DNA of 64,000 nt from the NCBI RefSeq assembly GCF_006345805.1, contig NC_042998.1:86118001-86182000 (forward strand), given 5' to 3'. Positions 1-11,824 of the stretch are shown piece by piece (position 1 is the stretch's first letter; every line of letters starts with the position of its first letter). The notes beneath the pieces are model-generated. The model worked only from the letters and a program-made list of their open reading frames with translations. It did not search any database and was not told the origin of the DNA. This stretch comes from Octopus sinensis (lineage: Eukaryota). The position numbers and the translations under genes are program-made.

Positions 1-640
1 TGATTAATGAGGAATACCTTTGCTGCAATTTTTTTGTGTGCAATGCTTCCACCTGATAACAGTATTCCTCTGCATTTTACTTTAACACTTAATAGTATGA
101 AACATCCTTTATACCCAACCAAACAGAGCACATTTTTAGCTGTTGTAAATGTTTGAGGATGGATTCTCTTTTTTCATTTTTGTTAAATATAATTATAGAA
201 AACCAACTTTTCACCACCTGTGATGATTCTATCCAGGAAAGGTTTTGTAGGTAGTCTACTCTTCAATAATGAGCAGAAAACAACTTTATGATTAAGCTGA
301 TAAGCAGTCAAGTGATGAGGCACCCATTAACCAAATTTAGATACTTTTCCTCGTTCATGCAAGTGTTTTGTGATCAAAATGTGACTTCACTTGAACTGTT
401 TTGCCAATTTTCATGTAGTTTCCCTTGGGTTTTCCTCAACTATGGTTTCCAGAAGCTCAATATCGACAGAACATGGCCATGCAGATCAAGGAAATATGTG
501 AAAGAAATATTTCCTGAGTAAAACTAGCCAAACCATCATTGGAATGTCCAGACACTTCAAGCTTTGTTTTCACAGACAGAATGAATATTTCTTGTTTCCA
601 TTGCTTATTTTGAATTCATACAATATGCAGTGTCTGTTAT
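1..640 (-). mobile_element. Decayed mariner transposase remnant (runs off the window start)
   Basis: The minus strand reads FLDRIITGGEKLVFY, matching the mariner ITGDEKW motif. The inverted copy near 58300-59292 continues to a PHHPYSTDFVPS (YSPDLAP-like) motif. Confidence 0.7.
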
Positions 641-988
641 GGGTCTGATCTAAACTAATTTTAAAAGGTAAAGTAAATCATACAAATTTAACCATTATAT
701 TATAAAGTAATCTGTGAAGAATAAAGCATTAAAGTGTAAAACTTAATGTTTATTTGACAATAAGTATTGAAAAAGTACCCTGAAGTGATTGTGTTAAAAA
801 TGTTACAGGACCTTCTTTCTGACCTAATGTTTATATATGTATTGCTTTCATAGCAAAGACATTTGTGGTAGGGGGGAATTGTTTTCTGAAATGTGTCATC
901 TTTATCATAGAATGAATTAATATGAAAACTAGTGAAAAAAAAATATTTGCTGAAATATATTTTCTTAATATTTTGCTTTTTTTTGCAG

Positions 989-1075
989 GATTTTACAGTA
1001 AACAATACAATACCAAATTTGCAGATAACAGCTACTGATGCTGATCACAATCCCACTCTAAAATATTCTTTGATA
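989..1075 (+). CDS. Cadherin (CDH23/Cad87A-like) exon: DFTVNNTIPNLQITATDADHNPTLKYSLI
   Basis: Polypyrimidine tract plus ttttgcag acceptor and gtaag donor. 87 nt, phase 0/0. Contains the cadherin A-x-D-x-D calcium motif and YSL. Confidence 0.9.
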
Positions 1076-2600
1076 GTAAGGATACTGGTTTATTTTTTGC
1101 TTTATACTCACAAGTCATTCAATGTATTTTAACATGAAAGTAGCTAAATTAAACCAACCTGTACTTTAGGCAGTTTCACTTTCCCAAGATGATTCTTAAT
1201 ACAATTTACTGAAACCAAATTCATAGGTTACTACTTTGATACACAGCCTTCATAACTGATGTAATCATAAGAATTGCTTCATGCTTGTGTTTAGTCTAAG
1301 TTGGTCGCAATGGTTTAAGTCTACTTAACAGTAGATAGTTACCATGGACATGGGGACGTGGGTTGCATTGTTTACTGATGTAAACTGATGATTTTGTTTG
1401 TTGTCTGCAGTTCTGAGTTAATTTCCTCTGGTTAGCAGGCAATTTTAAATACAGTGGAACTTAATCCTAAAAGAGATTTAGCTTTTACCTACATAATGTT
1501 ATAGAAACAACAATGGAACATTTGCTCTGTGGAGTCTTGAACTACAAAAATGAAGATGAATAATTTGCTCAGCCAAATTTTGATACACCTATCTCTGTCC
1601 CTCTATACTTTTAATCACTGAAATGGCACAAAACTGCACCCAGTCAATACTATTTCTCCCAGCATGGAAAACAGACTTTGAATAATGATGATGATGATGA
1701 TATCTATGTATATGGTTCATATATGTATGTGTGTGTCTACACACACATATAATTGTCTGTAAAGTCACAAGAGGGACTGAAGGATGACGAGTTTAGTGCA
1801 TGTCATATATCAGATTAACTTAAATATTATGAATCCACTCTTTATATAGGGATGAATCACAATTTCTTCTGGAATGATTGATCAAAAATTGTTTTAAGCT
1901 GGACATTTAGACACATGCACACACTTCTATCACTTTTTCTTGCCATTCCATATACCTCACTAATTTTCTTCTCTTACTAAAGCAGAAAAGTAATTTCCTT
2001 CTTTGTACAGTTGTTACTTTTTCTTTTTCCATTTTTTTTCTCATTTCATCTCTCACTTCTGTATTAACACCATTTCACACCAATACCCTTACACACACTA
2101 TTCACATTCCTCCTATCTTCTTTCCACCCTCACACTTGCACCCACTGCTACCTCCTCACTTCTATATTTTACTTGCTCACAATATAATTACTCATGTACA
2201 CCAACCATCCACACATCTCCACTATCCCATGCCATTACATCCAACACTTATATTTTGCCAATATAAGAAATTATTATTAGTATAATTTTTTGATTGATAA
2301 CTAGTTCTTTTGGGTTACTTGTCAAATGTCTGGTAATAACATGTTACAAAAGCTGTCATGAAGGTTTCTCAAAGTTCTTTTCAATTTTATTTAGGCCTTA
2401 TAAGTTAAAAACAGATTTAGTTTTGTCTTGTTAAATAAGATGTTGCAGCAAATAATATTCATAACTGTCTGAAAACCAACTCTTTTAATGCACACCTCTG
2501 AGTTTCATTGTCTTAAAATATCTTCTCATCTTAAAAAATATCTTTTGTATTATTCTTGTTATTCACTATTCTTATAAATGTTTATTTGTTTCAATTTCAG

Positions 2601-2612
2601 CCTGCTGGCCAG
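2601..2612 (+). CDS. Candidate 12-nt cadherin microexon (PAGQ)
   Basis: The sequence tttgtttcaatttcag|CCTGCTGGCCAG|gtgagt has consensus splice sites. It is phase 0/0 and frame-neutral between the flanking exons. Confidence 0.5.
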
Positions 2613-2699
2613 GTGAGTTTAACTTTGATTTGATATTTATTCTAACGTCTTCCATGATGGTATCCATAATGGTATCAAATATGCTCTTAGAATCTACTT

Positions 2700-3600
2700 G
2701 AAATCAACTCTTTGGGGAAATATAAAATTTGTTGAAGTTGAAATTTGCTGGTGATTTTTGTTCCTCTGGCAAGACCTGTGTTGTTGGTGTTTTGTAGCTA
2801 CTGTGGTAGTGATTGTGGTCAACACCTCTGCTTTTGTTGGCGTTGTTGTCTCTCATGTAGTATTTGCTGTTGGTGTTTTTGCTGGAGACCTCTCTGCTTT
2901 CTTTTCTTGGGGTTGCCTCTGTAGTTGGGGTTGCTTCAGTTGTTTGTGGTGTGAGTGGCGCTTGTATCAAGGAGGTAGTGTCCTCCTTCTGTTTTAGTCA
3001 AAAGGCTTTCAGGTGGTTATTTTGTCCACATTGATAGCATCTTGGCCTTCTGTCCTCAACAGTGACATTCAGCATAGTGCCATCTACAAGTCTGAGTTGA
3101 TCAGGAATTTGTTTCAAAATGTCTTGGTTTATTTGGATCATTATTTGAAATACCTGACCAGTCCTGTTGCTTTTTCCTTATTTCTTGACTTGGATAATTC
3201 TGATTTTATCCTCCTAGTGAAGAAGGACAGCCATGATAATTCAGCAAACATTCATTTCTGATAGTATCTCCAGTATTTTTATCTTGTTGACACTCTGTCC
3301 CAAGTATGTTTGAACTAGGATAAGCTCACTGTTTCTCAGTCGGGCTGTTGAATGCTGTTTTGCTATGCCTTCTGTAGCAAATCTGACTTCAGTTGTGTCA
3401 TATTTCTTACTTCTCACCAGATAAGTTACGTCTTTTCAAATGGGTTGCAAGCATTTTTCAACTGCTTGCTTTCTGGCAGTTTCTATACATCTATTTTTTA
3501 ATGATATAGTTTTGTACACTATGGCATGTTTGTTCATTTTCTCTGATGGTGTGTTTATCAAAATGCTTCTTTTGCTTTTTCTTTTTAAAATGTTTCTGTG
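2700..3600 (-). pseudogene. Decayed gag-like ORF1 (zinc knuckle) of an L1/Tx1-type retroelement
   Basis: The minus strand reads ILKQIPDQLRLVDGTMLNVTVEDRRPRCYQCGQNNHLKAF*, a CX2CX4HX4C knuckle with the last Cys mutated to stop, followed by a Thr/Pro-rich tail. Several stops; boundaries approximate. Confidence 0.6.
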
Positions 3601-4230
3601 AGAGGTTCTACTGAAATATTTATAAACTCATTGCTTGGTTTTGCTATTGAACTGAGAAACCTTGGCTGTTTAATGCATTGGGTTGCTGTTGTTGTTGTTG
3701 GGTGTTCAATGTCTTAGAGTTAGTGGTGGTAGTGGGAGCGCTTGGATTCACAGATGTTGCGACTCTAGTAGCATCCATTAACTGAATTTCCTTGCTCTTT
3801 TCCCCTTTTTTTCTCATTTCTTTTCTTCTTTTTCCTTCTGATGCTCAATGTTGCACATGCTTGCAAGACTTTGGTCTTCCCTCTCTCTGCCTTTTTAGGC
3901 ATGGAGTGGGCAGAGTCAGTTAATATTTACATCTTTTGTCTGTCTTCCAACAACAGAGGGAGGAAGTCAAAAAGAAAGGAAGAGCAGACACTCTTCTCCA
4001 AGGCTATTTTTACAAATTTTAAAAATCGAAAAATGAAAAATTAGAGATTTTAAACTGAAAATTCACCCTAAAAGTGGAAAAGTCCCACCTAACCGCTCTG
4101 CTCAGAAATGTTGGCTTGGCCACAAAAATGTTGTAAAAAATTTTCAGATACAACAATATCTGCAAAAATTGCACAAAAACTTACAGTTCACAAACATGTT
4201 CTTCTTCTTTGAAATCAATGAGCAGAGTCC

Positions 4231-4248
4231 AAATAATAATAATAATAA

Positions 4249-4298
<50 letters not shown>

Positions 4299-4320
4299 TA
4301 ATAATAATAGTAATAAGAAG
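4231..4320. repeat. (TAA)n microsatellite
   Basis: Direct reading; forms the 5' flank of the R4/Dong-like LINE. Confidence 0.95.
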
Positions 4321-7300
4321 AAGAATAAGAATTTTAAGGCCACGTGTTTGTTGAACAACACAGAAAATCTATCATTGAAATGAAGCAAGAAGTTCTGAAT
4401 GAGCTTGCAGTTGTAGGCCATACAACTATGAATGATAGGGAACCACTCCATAAACTCTCAAAGGCACACCAACATAAAACACAAATAAAAATTGGCAACT
4501 GCATTACACAAGAAATCATACACCAACTAAAACCCGATCTTAATAAATTAAATGAAATTATTTGCTCTGTCGCTAAGGTAATCGAAAGATGCTGTTTAAC
4601 ACCCAAAAAGGCAACAATACCAAATTCGAAAAGAAAATCAAACTGGAGGAGTAGAATTGAAACTGAAATTGAATCATTGTGAAGGGAGATATCAATATTA
4701 ACTGAGATAATATCTGGAAATGATGTAAGATCAAGAAAAGGCAGGAAGATTGTGAGAAAATATGGACACTCAACAAGAGAACTAATGTCAGCGAAAGAAA
4801 CACTTAAACAAAAAGTTCAAGCAAAATCTCAGAGAATACGCAGATTTGAAAAAAGAATCAAATTCTACAAACAAAATAAGATGTTCAAATCCAATGCCAA
4901 ATCATTTTACAGGGGAATAGGGAAAGAAAAAATGACCATTGAAAATCCACCCCTAATGGAAGAAGTTGAAAACTTTTGGAGTGATGAGAAACCATACAAT
5001 GAAAATGCAGAGTGGATCAAACGCACCCAAGATGACTACAAAAATCTACAAGAACAGGTATGGAAAGACATCTCAATCGCCGACCTAAGGAGGGCACTAA
5101 CGAAGGCTCATAAGTGGAAATCCCCTGGTATTCATAGAGTACCAAATTTCTGGCTCTCATCACTCTCGTCCGCACACAAAATGTTAGTAATACTATTTAA
5201 TAGTATTATGAAAGACCCGAAAAAAACACCACATTGGATGGCAAATGGTATTACTTACCTCCTCCCCAAAAATAACAAAACGAAAGAACCAAAAAACTAC
5301 TGGCCTATAACATCTTTATCTACTACCTATAAGATTTTGACATCTATTCTAGTAGAGAAAACATATACGTTTATGGAAGAGAATAACCTCTTTCCCACTG
5401 AACAAAAAGGATGCAGATGAGGCTCATACGGATGCAAAGATCAGCTCCTAATTAATCGTATGATCCTTGAGAACTGCCATAACAAGCGCAGAAATCTCAG
5501 CTCTTCATGGTTTGATTATAAAAAAGCCTTTGACAGCATACCGCATTCGTGGATTCTGAAATCGCTGGACATTTTCAAAATTTCTCCTGTGATTTCAGAT
5601 TTTTTAAAGTATAATATGTCACTATGGAACACGAAGCTCCAATTATATCACTCTAATAGAGTATTGCGCTCAAACAACATTAGCATAAACTGTGGAATTT
5701 TCCAAGGTGACTCACTTTCACCACTAATTTTCTGCATAGCACTAATACCACTCTCAAGTGAACTGAATAGAACAGGATATGGCTACAAAATCGACAACAG
5801 GAAAATAAGCCATCTATTTTATATGGATGATTTAAAGCTATATAGCAAAAATGATGAAGAGCTTAAAGGATTATTACATACCGTGAAAGGATTCAGTGAT
5901 GATATCGGGATGGAGTTTGGCCTTGAAAAGTGTGCCAAAGTCACTTTTAAGAAAGGGAACTTGGTAAAGCCTAGTTCAATCGAATTAGATATTGAAACAG
6001 TAATAAAGGAACTTGAGCAGGAACAAACCTACAAATACCTAGGAATAAATGAAGGCTCTGGTATCCAGCATGCAAGCATGAAAGAGAAGGTTAGGAAGGA
6101 ATGTTATAGAAGAGTTCGAGCAGTCCTGAAGTCTGAACTGAATGCATATAATAAGGTGTTAGCCATAAATTCCTTAGCAGTACCAGTTGTTCTTTATAGC
6201 TTCAATATGCTTAACTGGAATACCAGTGAAATAATGAAAATTGACAGAAAGATCCGCAAGCTACTGACTTGTAATAAGATGCACCATCAAAAGGCAGACA
6301 TGGATCGCCTTTACCTTCCCAGAACTCAGGGAGGTCGAGGTTTGATCCAGCTTGAACTTACATACAAAACCACCACAATCAGACTAGCCAAATACCTTGA
6401 AGCAACCAAAGATTGGATGCTAAAACTTGTTGAAAAACATGAAAGACTGAAAAGACTTCACTCTATTCTCAAAGAGAGCAAAAAATTCGCTGCTGATCTC
6501 TTAGATACCCACCAGATTGATCAGGCTGAAGGAGATGCGCCAACTGCAGCTGCAAAGAAAATAAAATTAATTGCAAAGACAAAAGCACATGAAAATTTAG
6601 CTAGCAGATGGGAACAGAAACCTCTCCATGGCAAGTATGTGGTCCGTAGAAAACAAGCTGATGTCGACTAGAAATACACACACCATTTGTTACGAAGCTC
6701 AGGGCTAAAAACAGAGAGTGAAGGTTTCATATTAGCTGCTCAAGACCAAAGCTTATTAACCCGGAACTACCAAGCCAATGTGATAAAAAATGGAGCTGAC
6801 CCAAAATGCCGATTCTGTAACAATGAGATTGAAATAATAGACCACGTAATCTCAGGGTATAGAGTCTTAGCACCTGCAGAATATAAATCAAGACATGACA
6901 GAGTCGGCCAGTATTTACATTGGACAATATGTCGGTATTATAAAATCAAAACCACTGACAAATGATATAAACACCATCCTGAAGCTGTGACTGAGGGAGA
7001 AAATGTGTCGATTCTATGGGACTTCACCATACAGACCAACAAGACTATAAAAGCTAATAAACCGGATATTATTATAAAAGATCAGACAAAAAAGATGTGT
7101 TTATTAATTGACATGAGTATCCCTTGCAATCACAATATAGCGGCAAAAGAATTTGACAAGATTAGTAAATATAAAGACCTGCTTATAGAAATTGACAAAA
7201 TGTGGCATCTCAAGGCGACTACAGTACCAGTGATTGTAGGATCTCTAGGAATGATAAAAAAAGGTACTGAAACCTATTTGAAAATGATTCCAGGCTTACC

Positions 7301-7545
7301 ATCCCTACAGGAAGTGCAAAAAATCGTATTAACTGGAACAGCTCATGTTCCAGTGAATGTTCCATTATCACTGTGAAAACAACATCCATCCATGAATTTA
7401 TTTATTTATTAATTTTTAAATACATATTTTATCTGTGAATTTGCGTATGTAATCTGGGAATGCATACAATGAGCTACTCTGCCCTAGGTGTATGGAAAAC
7501 ACTCGGTGAGAAACGGAAGAAAATTTGAAGAAAGAAGGAAAAATG
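4321..7545 (+). mobile_element. R4/Dong-like non-LTR retrotransposon (RT + CCHC finger + restriction-like endonuclease), 5'-truncated
   Basis: Five ORF pieces all lie in one frame. Motifs: DYKKAFDS, GIFQGDSLSP, YMDD, YKYLG, GGRGL, CRFC..DHVISG, RHD, KPDI, K..KY. (TAA)n on both sides. Confidence 0.92.
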
Positions 7546-7558
7546 TAATAATAATAAT

Positions 7559-7747
7559 CATCATCATCATCATCATCATCATTTAACATCCGCTTTCCAT
7601 GCTAGCATGGGTTGGAGGGTTCAACTGGGGTCTGGGGAGCCCGAAGGCTGCACCAGGCCAGTCAGATCTGGCAGTGTTTCTACAGCTGGATGCCCTTCCT
7701 AACGCCAACCACTCCGAGAGTGTAGCGGGTGATTTTATGTGCCACCG
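7559..7747 (-). mobile_element. 3'-terminal fragment of the RTE LINE/SINE family with (GAT)n tail
   Basis: Contains the GGAAGGGCATCCAGCTGTAG motif, the CCATGCTAGCATGG palindrome and a (GAT)n tail. Similar copies lie near 31100-31290, 31535-31760, 37390-37640, 51225-51410 and 63702-64000. Confidence 0.85.
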
Positions 7748-7749
7748 AC

Positions 7750-7790
<41 letters not shown>

Positions 7791-7792
<2 letters not shown>

Positions 7793-10446
7793 TTTCTTTA
7801 TTAGCCACACAGGGCTGAACACAGAGGGGACAAAATACAAAGTAGAGCTTTTCTTTTTGGGAAGAAAAAAAAATGGGGGTAGGTTTTCGACCAAAAGGGA
7901 TCATAAAAAAACGATCAATAGGGATCATGTATCACAGAAATATCATGATGTAAAGTGTAAAGGGGGAAACAGATAAGGTTTATCCATGGAAAGAAAAGCC
8001 TATGGAAAAGACCATGTTAACCTTGGTCAATAATGTCACATATTAACACATTTATTTGCAAGTAAGTAACTCTCTGTTTTAAATTTTCCTGGGTTCATAG
8101 GATTATGCTCAAGGTGGCTTCGTCATTCATACATGTCATCCTTGCTACATTTACCCATCTTTTTTGAAACATTCGCTAGACAAAACTTGCCTCTCTACTC
8201 TCACTTTCCTTTTCAAGTGATACTTGAAGAAGTTGATGAGAGATTGACCAGAGAGGAAAGTGCTTGTCTCTAATCCTTTCAGACACGTCCACCAGATACA
8301 TTATTTCGCCTTAGTCACAAGTATGATGAAAATAGCTCTTCCTTCCCATTTGAAGGAAGGAGGTGTGACGATATTGATAATAGACTTGGCTGATAAACTG
8401 ACTCATCCCACACGTGACAGCAGTCATTCGACATAAGCTCACTGGTTGGAAATGGTTGGACACTGCACGAGTGCGTGCAGAATGGTTTCATCGCTCTGAC
8501 CGCATCTTGGGCAGGTTGGCCCCGTGTTTCTCAAGCCGTGTCTGTAGAGCTTATCCCGAATGGGTAGTGCTCGGTAGCACTGCCAGGCCAGGGATCTCTG
8601 GAAGTTGTCCATAGGTCCTAGCCCAAAAGTCGTCTTGAACAGGCAGGTCAGGTATTCCTCGTTGATGCCCATGTTTGCCCTGAGATCGTCGTCGTACCTC
8701 CCCTCCACTAATACCCTATAGAATGCTTTGGTTGTATTGAAGTCTCTCAAGATCGACCCGGGACGGCATAGTTGCTTGAGAGCAATGCGATACTTGTGGT
8801 GCCGTTTGCCCTTCTTCGGCCTCTTTTTGATCCATGACTGCAGTTTGGTCATGGAGATGAGCTGCGGGAAAGCGTGCCTCACAAACGGCGACCACACCTG
8901 TTCACCATCGTCTATGTAGAGCCGGAGATGTCGCAGTCTCAGCACGTGTCTGTGCATCATCAACCACGGCATGCCCAGCCCTCCTTTTAATGGGTGTTGA
9001 CAACAAATGGATTGCCTGACCATCGGGATGCATCTTTTCCACAAGAAGCGGAAGAGAATGTGTTCTAGTTTGGTGATGGTAGGGTCAGGACAAGGCACGA
9101 CGGTCAGTGGGTAGTAGATGATGGATGCGATGTATGTGTTTGCCACCTCTGCCCAACCTTTTAGGGACAGTTTCCTCTCGGCCCATTGCCAGGCGAAAGT
9201 GACCACCCTACTCATTATCTTGTTCCAGTTCTTCTCCATTTGGAGGTCCGGACCAAACCAGACCTTGAGCAACTCGACCGGACCATCAGTCCAGTGTCCC
9301 ATGATGGAGGCACTGGTGGACGGCATGGGCTTGGTTCTCCAGGTACCAAGCCGCGAGATCACTAACTTTTCCCGGATGATTATTGCTCCTTTACCACTTC
9401 GTAGTCTTTCAGTGTCTCACCGACCAGCTTGATGTGCTTGTGGCTAGACACTATGATGGTGACATCGTCCGCGTATGCAGACATGCTTGTCCTGCATCCC
9501 AATTCTCGCGGGATGCCCCTCAGAGTCACCAGCTTCTGCAGTAGTGGCTTGAGAGTCTATATGTATAGAAGCGACGAGAGGGGGGCATCCCTGGCAGACC
9601 GAATGTGCAATGTCAAAAGGTCTCGATAGATGTCCATTTACGCAAATTACCGAACGGATGCCTCTGTACAAAGCAGCTATCCAACTGCAGAAGACGGGAC
9701 CGAAACCAGCCTCTCTGAGGACAGCCTCCAAATATTGATGCTCTACCCTATTGAAAGCTTTCGATTGTTCCAAATTGATCTGGGCCCCACCCATGACAGG
9801 TTCCTTAACTACTTTGTATATGATGTAGCGCATCAGTTGTCATGGATGATCCAGCCTGGTACGGCGCACTTTTGTGCCTTGTTGTCGAGTTTCTCGATGA
9901 CAAGGCCAACCTCTTGGCTAACACCTTGGCCAAAATTTTCAAGTCTGCATTAAGTAGAGTGATGGGCCTAAAGTTATCTATTACGTCCCCCTTGTTTAGA
10001 TCTTTCTTCAGCAGTGTTATGGCTCCTCGGCTCACAAAACCGGGGATGCCCCGTTTTGCTGTGAGTTGCAGTACACCGCTGCCAAGACGTCTCCAAACAA
10101 GTCTGGCATACAACTGTAAAGCTCATAGGATAGACCATCCAAACCCGGTGATTTGTCCCTCGAGCATTCTGCCATCGCGTCCCGCACTTCCGCCGCCATG
10201 ATGGCACCTTCGCAGTGCCCTGCCTCTCTTGTCAAGGGTCATGGCAGGCTATGTATGTAGGTACTGAAATCCACCCTGCGTTCTCTCCTGCCACTTTTCC
10301 CGAACTGTTGGGCAAAATGCTGTTGAAAAGCCTCACACATTTTACTTGGCTCGAGTAATTCGTGCCCCTGTTCACCTACCAGAGACTGAATGGTGGCTTT
10401 GTTGCCTTGTTGCACCTCTGCCACCTGGGCCTCTCATGTGGTTCCA
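7791..10446 (-). mobile_element. L1/Tx1-clade non-LTR retrotransposon, 5'-truncated ORF2 (RT + C-terminal zinc finger) and 3' UTR
   Basis: Motifs: KSPGLDGLSYELY, FRPITLLNADLKILAKVLAKRL, YADD, GGLGMP, CPRCGQSDETILHALVQC. AATAAA lies just before a (TTA)n tract. (TAA)n at 7751-7790 and 10447-10497. Confidence 0.9.
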
Positions 10447-10458
10447 AATAATAATGAC

Positions 10459-10499
<41 letters not shown>

Positions 10500-10939
10500 C
10501 AACAACAACACCAGATATTCTGTTCAAAACCACAAATATGCTTGTTAGTGGTTTCACCTAAATCAGGTGAGCATGTCCATAGTGACTGATGATATGTGCA
10601 TCTCTGCGGAATAATGTGGGGAGCATCATAACCATGTTTTGAGATGGATTCTTTAGAGGCTTGAATAATTCACCCCTGGAAACAAAGGTATTTCTATTTG
10701 TCATCCTTAGACCACCCTTATATAGGAACTTTTGAACGGGATGGACAATTGATCTGAAGAAAATTCTAACTGAGTTCCATCTGCAAGACCATGTACTGTC
10801 TATTGTGAAATGAGGTCACCATGTTCCACACAATTGGTTGTGATGCATATGATTGGTGTACCCTTATCAGGTGCGTCGTCATGATGAGTATATTGCTTTT
10901 TCCATATTTGTACCCCAGCATCACTTTGGCATATACTGT

Positions 10940-11775
10940 TCATCATCATCATCACTTAACGTCTGCTTTCCATGCTGGTATGGGTTGGACGGTTTGACTG
11001 AAAACTGGTGAGCTGTGGGGCTGCACTAGGTTCCAGTCTGATTTTGCAGGGTTTCTACTACTGGATGCCTTTCCTAATGCCAACCACTCTGAGAGAGTAG
11101 TGGGTGCTTTTGACGTGCTACTGGATGGGTGCCATTGACCTGACATCAGTATCACTCATGATTATGATCTTAATTAGCTTGACAGGTAAACATAAGCACT
11201 GTATATTGCCAAGGGTCTTGGTCACCTGACACTGCCTCCATGGGGTCCAATGCATGAATGTAGCTTTTTATATGCCTCCGGCATGGATGCCAGTCAGATG
11301 GCATTGGTATTGGTCACGACTATGATTTCATTCGGTTCAATAGGTTTTCACAAACACAGCATATTGCCCAGTGATTGAAGGGTGCTTTTAATGGGCCACT
11401 TAAACGACATTGGCATCAGCCATGACTATGGTCTCACTTGGGTCTTCTCAAGCATGGCATATCATCAAAGGTCTTGGTCATTTGTCATTGTTTCTGTGAG
11501 GCCCAGCATTTGAAGATTATGCTTCACTACCTCATCCCACGTCTTCCACAGGTTCCCTCCATCATTAGAGTGCAACATTTCTTCACACAGCTGTCCTCAT
11601 CCATACACATCACATGACCATATCAGTGCAGTCATCTCTCTTGCACACCACATCTGATGCTTCTTATGTCCAACTGTTATCTCAGCACTTACACTCTGTT
11701 ATGCATGCACACTGACATTACACATCCAATGGAGCATACTAGCTTCATTTCTTTCAATGTTGTTATTATTATTTG

Positions 11776-11824
<49 letters not shown>

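Noticed and set aside
2700-10446. Joining the gag-like ORF1 and the Tx1 ORF2 into one element
   Set aside because: On the minus strand ORF1 lies downstream of the ORF2 3' tail, which is the wrong order.
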